DNA of 63,882 nucleotides, counting the filler, from Dicyema japonicum (Eukaryota; Animalia; Dicyemida), in NCBI GenBank assembly GCA_011109175.1. It is 6 parts of 6 records of this genome, joined end to end, with 100 filler letters (N's around TTAATTAATTAA, not from the genome) between each part and the next. Parts side by side here need not be neighbours in the genome. Positions count along the whole stretch, not along the records: positions 1 to 15,372 come from RDEW01000206.1; 5 more parts are not named here. One strand, 5' to 3'. The notes beneath the pieces are model-generated. The model did no database searches. It saw only the letters and a list, made by a program, of their open reading frames with translations, and was not told where the DNA came from. Below are positions 1-11,140 of this stretch, one piece after another; position 1 is the stretch's first letter; every line of letters begins with the position of its first letter. The position numbers were made by a program, and so were the translations under genes.

Positions 1-7
1 TTCTATC

Positions 8-947
8 ATGTTTTTATTGTGAGCATAACGAATTTTTAATAAGTAGAAATATAACAAGAACTTTGTCATTGAGTATAGCGGGAGCAGCAATTCTCGCTGG
101 AATCGCCTTTTGCGTCTATTTTGATAGGAAAAGGAGAAGTGATCCAAACTTTAAAGAAAATCTACGTAAAAGTTCCTTAAATCTCAAATTAATTTTTGAG
201 GGCGAGAAAAGAATATAAAAACTAATAAAAGAGCTACTCCTGTATTCAGCAATTCTTGCTGGAATCGCCTTTTGCGTCTATTTTGATAGGAAAAGGAGAA
301 GTGATCCAAACTTTAAAGAAAATCTACGTAAAAGTTCCTTAAATCTCAAATTAATTTTTGAGGGCGAGAAAAGAATATAAAAACTAATAAAAGAGCTACT
401 CCTGTATTCATTTTTATTAGATTATTTTAGGGTCCTGATTTCACCAAATAAGGAAGTGTCGAGCAATTTTTTTTTGACGAAATCCAGTTCGGAGAAACTT
501 GTTTGGACGCAGGTAAATCAACGCAAAATTATTTTTAAGGAAACCGAGAGGATGCTCTTGATCACTTATCCAATGCACTTGCCTTTGCCCCCAGTAATGA
601 AATTCTGTCAGTTCTCAGCCAGAGTCTTCCGCCTGATTTCATTCAAGACCTTGTACGATTGATTCCATTCAAAAAATCTGTTAATAATACTTTTCTGTAA
701 ATAGATAGGAATTTGCAAAACAACAAATTCAATTTTCAATGATTTCACAAGAGGAGTCAGTTCTCAGCCAGAGTCTTCCGCCTGATTTCATTCAAGACCT
801 TGTACGATTGATTCCATTCAAGAAATCTGTTAATCATACTTTTCTGTAAATAGATAGGAATTTGCAAAACAACAAATTCAATTTTCAATGTTTTCACGAG
901 AGGAGCAGCAAGTCGAAACCAATGTAATCGTAGACGAAGTCGAATAA
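8..947 (+). CDS. TOMM20: Mitochondrial import receptor Tom20 (5 micro-introns; one in-frame TAA at 449-451; two local duplications)
   Basis: Spliced translation has a TM anchor followed by CVYFDRKRRSDPNFKENLRK, then VEQFFFDEIQFGE, DHLSNALA, LSQSLPP and terminal DEVE*, matching opisthokont Tom20. Confidence 0.92.
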
Positions 948-1310
948 ATTTTTTGGATTAATTGTTTTCAATAATTTGTTCCTTACTTTCTTTTATTTTT
1001 GAGTCTATATTGATTTTCCAATAAGTATTTAGATTGCACAATACCCAAGTCCACACCATTCCATGTGTGCTGAAATCTTTAACCAGAACCTCTACGATCC
1101 AGTTTAACCAGAACCACCTGGAAATGTGGCTTCCACCTTCTCAAAGGTTTTCAGACATATAGAAGATGATGAGAGTAAGGTACTGGGGCTCGTCCCTTGA
1201 TCACTATAGAAGCTCCAATTGCAATATATGTATTATAAAAACGAAAGTTCAAAAACAAAATTAGATGCTAGCTAGGAAAGTAGCTAAGAGGATAGTCGAG
1301 AGCCTAAGGG

Positions 1311-1523
1311 TCAGCTCAACGACGCCGCGCTGCGTATTGAATGGCAGTTTCCGCGGAACACAGCGACCGAGATTCGCTGGAAAAGCCAGCTCGTCTCTCT
1401 CCGGTTGTTTGATTTCGAGGAGATTTTCTTACCAATGTCAACGAGGAGTTTAGTCGCAGCCTTGCCGACGATTCTAGAGGTTTCGAAGGTGAGGGGGGCA
1501 AGCTCAAAACGTGCCAAAGACAC
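1311..1523 (-). mobile_element. 3' fragment of CRE-clade non-LTR retrotransposon (RLE C-terminus)
   Basis: PLTFETS...RETSWLFQRISVAVFRGN parallels PFAVETS...RETGWFRERISLAIVRGN of the copy at 51651. Confidence 0.8.
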
Positions 1524-1848
1524 AAATTAATTTAAATTACGAAATAAGATAATTCATTAATGTTTCCTAAAACTAAACATGGGAACCGCCTAGTTAATTA
1601 ATTAGTTTATATAATAAATAAATTACGCGATTATATTTTAATAAATATAATATTTTCATTCGTTTTTACTCTCTCTGTTGTATAATTATGTCACATGGTA
1701 AATTAGTATTTTTACTTTGAATATAACCTAAAACTAAACATGGGAACCGCCTAGTTAATTAATTAGTTTATATAATAAATAAATTACGCGATTATATTTT
1801 AATAAATATAATATTTTCATTCGTTTTTACTCTCTCTGTTGTATAATT

Positions 1849-2976
1849 ATGTCACATGGTAAATTTGTATTCTTACTTTGAATATAAGAATGTCCAGGAA
1901 TTGATAGCGAAGCTGCAGGAAAGGCAGATGCATGTTCCAATTGTCCAAATCGGAACAATTGCCTTTCGCGCGATAACGAATCCGTTAATAAAGTTATCGA
2001 GTCCTCAATTGATGAAATAAAATCTCGCCTGGGATTAGTTAAACATAAAATAATAGTACTTTCCGGAAAGGGTGGAGTGGGAAAGAGCACTGTTTCAGTT
2101 CTTTTATCTGATTATTTATCAACTATTCGCCCAGATAGAAAAGTACTACATTTATATAAAGTCTTGATTAGTATGGACTGGTAGATGCTGATATTTGCGG
2201 ACCTTCTCTTCCACGTATGATGGGGGTAGAAAACGCGTTTATTCATAAAAATATTAACGGCTGGAGTCCAGTGGTGAAATATTTACTATTCAAATTTAAG
2301 ATGGTGAAGGAGAACCTATCTCTAATCTCTTCAGCCTTTGTTGCTGATGACGAGGATAAGGCATTTATTTGGTATGGAGACAAAAAAACAGGAATGTTAT
2401 TAACTAATATAAATAGGACTAATTGTTAACTTTTTACGTGATGTTGATTGGCCGAGAGAATTGGATTATCTGATAATTGATACTCCACCGGGCACATCTG
2501 ATGAGCACTTGTCCTTAATTCGATATCTTGGCGATGTGGATGGTGTTGTCATTGTGACCACTCCACAAGAATTGTCTCTTGTTGATGTTAAAAAACAAAT
2601 TAATTTTTGTCGGAAGATTGGACTGAATATTATAGGATTGGTTGAAAACATGTTTTCATTTTGTTGTACTCACTGTCTGGTTAATTATTGCTTATTGTTA
2701 TTAAAGAAATGTTCTAATATTTTTCCTCCAGATTCTTGTGGTGGAGAAACGATGGCCAAGGAAATGGAAATAAAATATTTGGGTAGTATTGCCCTGGATG
2801 CTAATATTGGTGATTTATTAAGTTTTTGATTTTTAGCTAGAAGCTGCGACGAAGGAATGTCCTATTTTGAAGAGCATGAGGAGACGTCCACCCGGAGATC
2901 ACTAATGAATATTTTTGAATGTATATGTGTTTTGGGGCTATTTTTAGTGATCATTTCTTATTGTGAAGAAAAATGA
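1849..2976 (+). CDS. NUBP1: Cytosolic Fe-S cluster assembly factor NUBP1/Nbp35, 7 introns
   Basis: N-terminal [22 protein letters not shown] cluster, [10 protein letters not shown]-loop, [33 protein letters not shown]. Confidence 0.95.
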
Positions 2977-3211
2977 TAAATACTAAATTTACTTATAACT
3001 ACTTATGGTTTTTCCTTTTTTATTCAAGAAATGATTTCATAATCTATAAAAATTGTTCTAACGATTAGAGGTCACATCTTTGATTAGTATCGATCAGAGG
3101 TCACATCTAAATCTCGCTACTATTTTTCATTATTAAAAAAATTTTTAATTTTGTTATTAAAAAAAATATCCATGACAATTTATTTCCTATCTACATATAC
3201 TGTAATAAAGC

Positions 3212-5592
3212 ATGGAAGAAATGGAAATGGCCGCAGAACATTTGCTAGCTACCAATAATCAGTACCAACAGTACTATGAACAACTGAAAGAACAACATTT
3301 AAAGTAAATTGATGAGCTTTTATTTTCAAGACTTCGTGATGATTACTTTCACCTCGAAAAAGAATATTTTCAACTTCTTGAGGAGTCAAAATTAGTGAAA
3401 GACAAGTACGTAATGATGCTTAATATGGCCCATGCGGATAACGAACATTTCAGGAAAAAATGCAGCAAGGCACAAAAAATGGCATTTTATTTTTCGTAAC
3501 TTTAAAAAGGCACTGACACCCAAACAAATAGAGATAATACGATTAGACACAAGAGAAGAACTACGTGGAGATTTCCAAAGAAAAATCGATTCAATAAATG
3601 AAGAGAATAAAGATTTGTGTCAAAAATTATTTCTAAATGAACAAAAACATTTAGTAACTGAAAGTGAGCTTCAGACCAAATTGCAGCAAAAATGCAATTT
3701 AATAGAAATATTAGAACAAAATAATAAACAGATGGCATACTTTTTATATCTTGAAATATCTTACATAGGAGGAAGAACACATGCTCACTGTGAAGCGTCT
3801 TTCATCAAATTCGAAAATCGAATCATTGGAAAGCGACATNACATTTCAGGAAAGAATGCAGCAAGGCACAAAAAATGGCATTTTATTTTTCGTAACTTTA
3901 AAAAGGCACTGACACCCAAACAAATAGAGATAATACGATTAGACACAAGAGAGGAACTACGTGGAGATTTCCAAAGAAAAATCGATTCAATAAATGAAGA
4001 GAATAAAGATTTGTGTCAAAAATTATTTCTAAATGAACAAAAACATTTAGTAACTGAAAGTGAGCTTCAGACCAAATTGCAGCAAAAATGCAATTTAATA
4101 GAAATATTAGAACAAAATAATAAACAGATGGCATACTTTTTATATCTTGAAATATCTTACATAGGAAGAAGAACACATGCTCACTGTGAAGCGTCTTTCA
4201 TCAAATTCGAAAATCGAATCATTGGAAAACGACATTATCAAAGCAAATCAAGAGAATAGCCAATTAACGGCTTTAACAAAAGATTTGCGTAGTCAATTAA
4301 GCGTTATCAATTCTCAATTTAACGAACACGCGTTAAAGAATACCAAAACATTTAATAAATTTAAAAATTCTCAGATTGAATTAAAAAATAAGAATAATGA
4401 CCTTTCTGTATTTTAAAAATTTAAAATAATTCTAGAAACATCTAGAATCTGTTCTGGAACAAAATAAAGGTTTTACAAATAAACTTGAAGAACGTGAGAA
4501 ACGCTGGTCCCAGAGAGAAGACGAATTCAAAAGTCTAAAAGATGAAATTCGGAAATTGCAAACAGACATGGAAGAAATTAATTCACTCGCAGTTTTAGAA
4601 GTACAGAATATACAAGAAGAAAAGAGAACAAGTCTTGAGGTGGAAGAATATAAAAATAAAAAACTTCAGATTGCTCTAGAAGGTAGAGGTGAGCTTTAAA
4701 TGAATGCAGAACTCAGGCATAAGCTTGAAATTTCAAATCGAAGTAGAACACAACTTGAAAAAAGATTAATAAATAAAAACAAACAAATCGCCAAAGAATT
4801 AGAGTTATTGCAGCGAAAATCTGCTAAAAGCGAGGCGATTTACCACAGAGTCCGGTAAATTTATTCTGAAAAAAATATAAGAATTAATGCAGAAAATAAA
4901 TGCAACGAATTAAAAGCAAAACTAGACGAGGAAACTGATAAGCATGAAAAAATATGTGAAAGTTTACGGATAAAGTATGAAGGCAATACTTCTACAAAAA
5001 ATGACGAACTAACGTAAATAATATTCTATTTTTGATAAATTAGTGCAAAATTAAATGAAGCAAGTTTCATGTTAAAAAAATTAGAAGAAAATAAATTTAT
5101 TAGTGAAAATTCAAAAGAGGAACTGTTGGAAATTAAAGAATCCTTTAAAGAAGTTTTGGAAAATAATAAGCAGCTCATTACTACTAATAATAAATTAAAA
5201 AACTATATTAAAGCGGTGAAACAGAATGTAAAGTAAATTTATTCTATCTACTTTTATAAGTTCCGAAGAGAGAGTAAATTTATCAAGAAGCATCGAAAGA
5301 AAAACAAAAAATGTTTAATTATTTTAACAATAAAAAATTAGAAAAATAAGGTCTACGCACAGGGCTTAAATATTGACAAGGCTGCGTAATATTAATAAAA
5401 ATAAGTTTATTATATAGAAAAGATGTTTTTGAAATAATTAATGATAAATTGGAAAATACCAATCGAATCAAAAATAGACGGAGGAATGACGACAATGAGA
5501 CGATTACTCAATTGAAAAAGCGGATAGCAGATTTTGAAGAAAGGCTCTATCATCAGCAAATGTTTTTACAAAATCTTAATTTATTGAGCTAA
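3212..5592 (+). CDS. CEP83: Long coiled-coil protein, likely centriolar distal appendage protein CEP83 (10 introns; 3841-4235 is a duplicate of 3445-3839)
   Basis: Open spliced frame; YEQLKEQHLKLRDDYFHLEKE and LTPKQIEIIRLDTREEL resemble the CEP83 N-terminus as I recall it. Confidence 0.7.
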
Positions 5593-5688
5593 TAACAAAA
5601 TATTTTAAAATGATTTTTTCCCATATTTGGTTATTTTTAAGGAGGAAGGAAGTACTTTATTAAATCAGTATAGCGACATGATTAAGAA

Positions 5689-6142
5689 ATGGCAAACTGG
5701 ATTGCAATCAACAGCATAACTTCACTGGTCGTAACAATTTGTATTTTATTAATATAATTTATAATCTTTAGTAACAGTAATTTTGGGGTATGTTCCACAA
5801 ATTATGAATATTCATAAGAATCAACATCAACTTAAACAATTTCTACAAAATAAAATTCTATATAATCCGTGCAAATTAATTTTGATGAAGATAGGGCAGA
5901 GAGAATTTCAGTTGATTTATGAAGGAATATCTGAAAATGGCTGGATATACTACAAATCTCTTTATTCAAATCAAGCTTTTTTTGTTTCTGTATCTGGAGA
6001 AAAGATAGGAAATGATGGAAAAGGTGTTTATATTATGATTAATGACCTTGAATTAAGTGGAGCACGTGTAGTACTAAATAATTATCGTGGATTTATTAAT
6101 CACGAGTTCAGTGATCTTTATGATATGAAGTGTATTGTATGA
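5689..6142 (+). CDS. Small orphan protein with N-terminal hydrophobic signal/TM segment
   Basis: ATG 5689 plus a 31-nt GT-AG intron (5741-5771) joins MANWIAINSITSLVVTI to LTVILGYVPQ... of ORF 5783-6142. Confidence 0.55.
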
Positions 6143-6580
6143 CAGTTAACTATTGATTCCCAATTGAAAACAAAATTTATTTATTGTTTTAATGATAACT
6201 TGCTTTAATTATATTTTAAGTCGTATACAGACTCTTAACAAGTTCATATATCTTTCATAAATAGATCTTTATTTATAGTGATTCATTGTTTATTTTTTTA
6301 ATATTAAGTATTTGACATTGGAATAATCTCACTTTCAGAATATGCAGAGAAAATATTTAAAAAACCTTAAAATTGTTTTCTGCTCTTCTTTTTTCGTAGA
6401 TTGGTTTATAGCGAAATTGAATTCATCGTGGATGACAAAGAGCATTTTTTCTTTGATTCCTGCATTGAACTCATATGTTTTTACAGCCGTGTTTTATATA
6501 CAACGAGAACATTTGAGACGTTTTAGAATGTTCTTATGATAATTTTTTAAAGTATTTCTTTTATAAATGTATCATAACTA

Positions 6581-6894
6581 CACCCCTCGTGTCTAAGAAA
6601 TTTGGAAAAAACAACGACTTTCATTGACATAAAATTTGGTTATCGTGAGATTAATGTGTAGAATAACCTCCTGTTGCTGAATAGATCTCCCAACATCTTT
6701 TTTTCATTGACTCAACTAATTTTTCAAGTTTTTTTGTTGGAATAGAATTCCAAATATCTAATAGATTTTCCTTTAGTGCCTGAATGTTCTCATTTTTTCT
6801 TTGCCCAATTTGTACCTTCATATAAGCCCACAAATGCTCTATCGGATTTAAATCCGGAGATTGCGAAGGCCATTCTAATTTTTTAATATGTTTT
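6581..6894 (-). mobile_element. Tc1-type transposon 3' end, cut by gap
   Basis: WPSQSPDLNPIEHLW motif, GGYSTH* ending, TA then CACCCCTCG putative TIR end. Confidence 0.85.
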
Positions 6895-7521
6895 NNNNNN
6901 NNNNNNNNNNNNNNNNNNNNNNNNNNNNNNNNNNNNNNNNNNNNNNNNNNNNNNNNNNNNNNNNNNNNNNNNNNNNNNNNNNNNNNNNNNNNNNNNNNNN
7001 NNNNNNNNNNNNNNNNNNNNNNNNNNNNNNNNNNNNNNNNNNNNNNNNNNNNNNNNNNNNNNNNNNNNNNNNNNNNNNNNNNNNNNNNNNNNNNNNNNNN
7101 NNNNNNNNNNNNNNNNNNNNNNNNNNNNNNNNNNNNNNNNNNNNNNNNNNNNNNNNNNNNNNNNNNNNNNNNNNNNNNNNNNNNNNNNNNNNNNNNNNNN
7201 NNNNNNNNNNNNNNNNNNNNNNNNNNNNNNNNNNNNNNNNNNNNNNNNNNNNNNNNNNNNNNNNNNNNNNNNNNNNNNNNNNNNNNNNNNNNNNNNNNNN
7301 NNNNNNNNNNNNNNNNNNNNNNNNNNNNNNNNNNNNNNNNNNNNNNNNNNNNNNNNNNNNNNNNNNNNNNNNNNNNNNNNNNNNNNNNNNNNNNNNNNNN
7401 NNNNNNNNNNNNNNNNNNNNNNNNNNNNNNNNNNNNNNNNNNNNNNNNNNNNNNNNNNNNNNNNNNNNNNNNNNNNNNNNNNNNNNNNNNNNNNNNNNNN
7501 NNNNNNNNNNNNNNNNNNNNN

Positions 7522-8460
7522 CTCGAATAAAATTCACAATTTTGACGCATGAATTTAAAACATTTTTCAACTTAATAGGCAAGGACTTTGATACGAGTGC
7601 ATGTCGATGAAGAATGCAGTGAGTAACTTTTACATCTGGAACATGTTTTCTTAAAAGGGCTGCAAAGCCCGACCTGTTCCCCAGCATAACTGGAGCACCG
7701 TCCGTGCAAACTGATCCGATAATTTCCAATGGAATATCATGTTCATTAAAAAAAGTCTCAAGTATATGGAAAACATTTTTTGCAGAGGCTTCTTTTTCGA
7801 GAGGTTTACAAAAAAGAAACTCTTCAGCAATTAAATTTTTTTGCGCATAACGAAGAAAAGCAATTAGTTGACTGCAATTATCAACATCAGTGGACTCATC
7901 CAACTGGATTGAAATTTTGATGGAAGAATTCTTTATGTCCGAAACAACTTGATTAAGAATATCATCACTGATACAAATAATTCTATCCCGGATAGAATTA
8001 TTTGACAAAGGAATCTGCTGCAATTTTCGTGAGGCGTCTGGACCCAGAACTGTTTTCACAATTTCCAATGCACACGGTTTAATAAGAGTCTCGGCAATAG
8101 TATGCGGCTTCTTCGATTTTGCAACTTCATACGCTACTTGGAATGATGCTAAAAGTAGCGGTTTGTCAATGGAGGTAAATCCATGCTTCGGAAGCGTTCC
8201 TTTAATATCGTATCTGACCATTTTTGCCTTCAAACATTCGAAATCATTTCCTGAACGTTTTATTCCCCCGTGCATAACCAGAAATGCTTGTTCAGCTTCG
8301 ATGGTTTCAAATTAGAGTTAGAAAAGATTGCATCACAAAGGATGCACTTGGGTCGATCGATTCCATCAATGATTATTTTCGTAAATTTTCTTTTTATATC
8401 CAACGAGGGATAATTCATGGCAAGCAAGTGGCTTTTCTTCAGTCGTGAGCGATTTTGCAA
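7522..8460 (-). mobile_element. hAT (Buster/Charlie, ZBED8/SCAND3-like) transposase, frameshifted, cut by gap
   Basis: RPKCILC..LKPSKL, KKPHTIAETLIKPC, SIQLDESTD, VCTDGAPVMLG, HCILHRHAL. Confidence 0.92.
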
Positions 8461-9269
8461 ATAACTTTTCGATATGGCCTAGCCTTGTTCTCCACTGCTC
8501 AATTTTTGCGATAATTGTATATTCTTACCATTGTAGATAATTTCTGAAAATAGAGAATTGTAAAAAAGTATCTGAGAAATCTATGAGGATTTAATGTAAA
8601 TATATTTCAGTATGGCTAAATATCTTCATGTTTATAAATGTTACTCTGTTGATTTTCATCGATTCAATTTTTTACTGACATTTAGACAACGGGTGGCGCT
8701 GAACTTCACCTTCACGGAAGTTTACAGAATCATAGATAAACAAAAAAATATAGGGGTATTTAGAGTGCCGTGCTTTGTTCATTCCGAAAGCTTATTACTT
8801 AGTAATGATAATGAATTATTTTATTTATTTAATAAAGAGTTTCATATTGGTGGTCACCTAAGAATAATGTACCATCTATTGACATGAGAAAATATAATAA
8901 TAAAAATCTATAATTTATTTAAGGTGGTTATTGACCTCTTTTATTCTTTCGGATCTTTTATGAGGGAAATGAATTCAAAGGCATGAAACTGAGCTTTCTA
9001 ATTATTTCTAAATACGTTAGAACACTCGATCACTAGGCGATGGGAGCAATTTTAAATCTTTATTAGTTTTTAATAATTATTTAAGTGACTGGTATGCAAA
9101 CAATTTTGGCTTAAAGAAGAATGTAAAAATTAAAAAAGAAACATAATACTGTAAGGCAATAAATAAAAATTTAGATCAATGCGCATAAAATAATTTGGTT
9201 TATTGCTTTATTGAAAACCATAGAGACAGTTAATTGTTTATATTAACTTTATTTTTCTAATTTGAATCA

Positions 9270-10517
9270 ATGATTTCCCAATGTTGTTCAGCAAAAAGTG
9301 TTTTTTCTTTGCCTTCCGATAAAACAAGCATTTCCAATATAACAAAAGCCTATCAGCCAGTTCAAAAAGCAAAGTCGATTCTTTCAGATCCCTCGTTTAT
9401 GGTTCGAGTATCGCGATATTCATCTGCTTCTTCTTTGAATACAAAATCAACAAGTTCCTTACCATCTTTGAGTGGTATTCGCACAAATCCAAAAACACCT
9501 ATAAAAATGACATCAAACTTGTCATTGACAGGGGAAAAAATGGAATCCAAAGACTACGATCTGCATACACAAAGACTACAATCTGCAAATCAAAATATAA
9601 TAAAAACACAAGTTAAGATATCATCCGAGAATCGATCTTATTTAGCTTCATTGAATACTCCACGTAATTCCCTTCATGTGGAAAAAATTTCACTCATTGA
9701 TGAATCAAAACAACTTCAGGAAAATTTTGATTCTTCTCGGCATACCAACATCATTGATAATTTAGAAGCATCAAAACCTGATTCGCATTTATTAAATAAA
9801 GCTGCTAACTATGTAAGTCAATATACATAAGCTAATAGAACAACATTCTAAAAAATGACAGAGAACTATCAACGAAATACAAAAAAGAAAACGATAATCA
9901 ATTTAATTTCGAAGAAAATGTTAAATTTCAAATAATCGAAGTAATTTCTACATTTCTCAAAAAATTAAAGTGTGAGGAAATAGATGAACAAAATTTAAAG
10001 AGTATATTCAGTAAATTATTTAATTTGAAAGGATTTTTTAGTGACATGGGACTGCAGTGCACTGATTCAGAATGGAACAATTATATTAAAAAATATCATT
10101 TGCAAAATAAAGAATGTATCAAATGTAATGAGCTTTTACAAAATATGTTATTCAGTAAAAATGACAGAACTCGGCAAATATTAAGAGAAACATCAGCTAC
10201 GGTTAATATTTATAATAATATAGATCTCACTCGGTAAAATCAATACTCTTTTTATTAATACGATGTGCCGAATAAAAAATTTGGGGATTAACTGGAAACA
10301 TTTGAAAAACGATTTTTTTAAAAATGACAGAAAATAAAGTGGTTTTGTTTCAACTGGCGAATTTATAAAAACGTTAAATCGGTTTGTAATATTGCATATT
10401 ATCAAAAGCAAAAAAATATCCTTGGATGAAAATGAAGAATACGCGTTAGTTACTTACTTTGACTTTGATTTGTGTGGAGTCATAAGTTATAATCATTTCA
10501 TGAAAGTCATTATGTAA
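9270..10517 (+). CDS. Ser-rich N-terminus plus C-terminal EF-hand pair, EFCAB6-like; in-frame TAA at 10335-10337
   Basis: Spliced C-terminus NWKHLKNDFFKNDRK*SGFVSTGEFIKTL...YFDFDLCGVISYNHFMKVIM. Confidence 0.65.
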
Positions 10518-11140
10518 TTCATTATTTTAACAATTATTAACATTTTTTAAAAATTTGATGTCCACTTGATCCTAATAAAACTCGATGTAAAATTTAAGTA
10601 TCAACGAATTAATTTTACACAGAATAAAATGTTAAGTTATTAACTAGTAAATTTTTTCTTTAATTAATGAACTCGACGGTCACCACATCCAAGCATGCCT
10701 TTCTCTTTTGCTATGGACGATTTTACGCTGGCAAGCCTGAATCTACTCTTGACTCATCGACTGCGATGTGAGCGATAGGGTCAAGGGAGACTTCCCTCTT
10801 GGTGCGTGCTTTACTTCTTCGAGCACGAGCTGCCATATGGGAACTGAATGAGCTTAGGCGTGTCCGGAAAGAGGAGCTGATTCTTGTTTATAGAAGAAGC
10901 TCTCAACTCACGAATCTCGGTCTAATAAATTTAATTTGTTACCTCTTATATTTAATTATTACATCAAGCCACCTGAACATGTAAGCACTATAAACAACAG
11001 CTTGAAAATGTTATTAATGAAATATGTGCTAATAAACATCAAAGAATTTAGAATGTATCACCGCATGACTGTGCTAAACTCAGCATTCAAACAACAGAGA
11101 AAATTTGTGAACAGGAAAAATAACAACCAATTACACAAAA

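Noticed and set aside
3445-4235. Tandem repeats split by a single n (also 18891, 19418, 40842, 41647, 43126, 46459, 62547)
   Set aside because: Near-identical overlapping contig ends or haplotypes, not repeated protein domains
5641-5720. CEP83 overlapping the downstream orphan gene
   Set aside because: CEP83 frame ends simply at TAA 5590-5592
6651-8275. Long poly-X ORFs suggesting a Tc1-hAT fusion; likewise GRK-CRE across 60305-61303
   Set aside because: Produced by translating through N gaps
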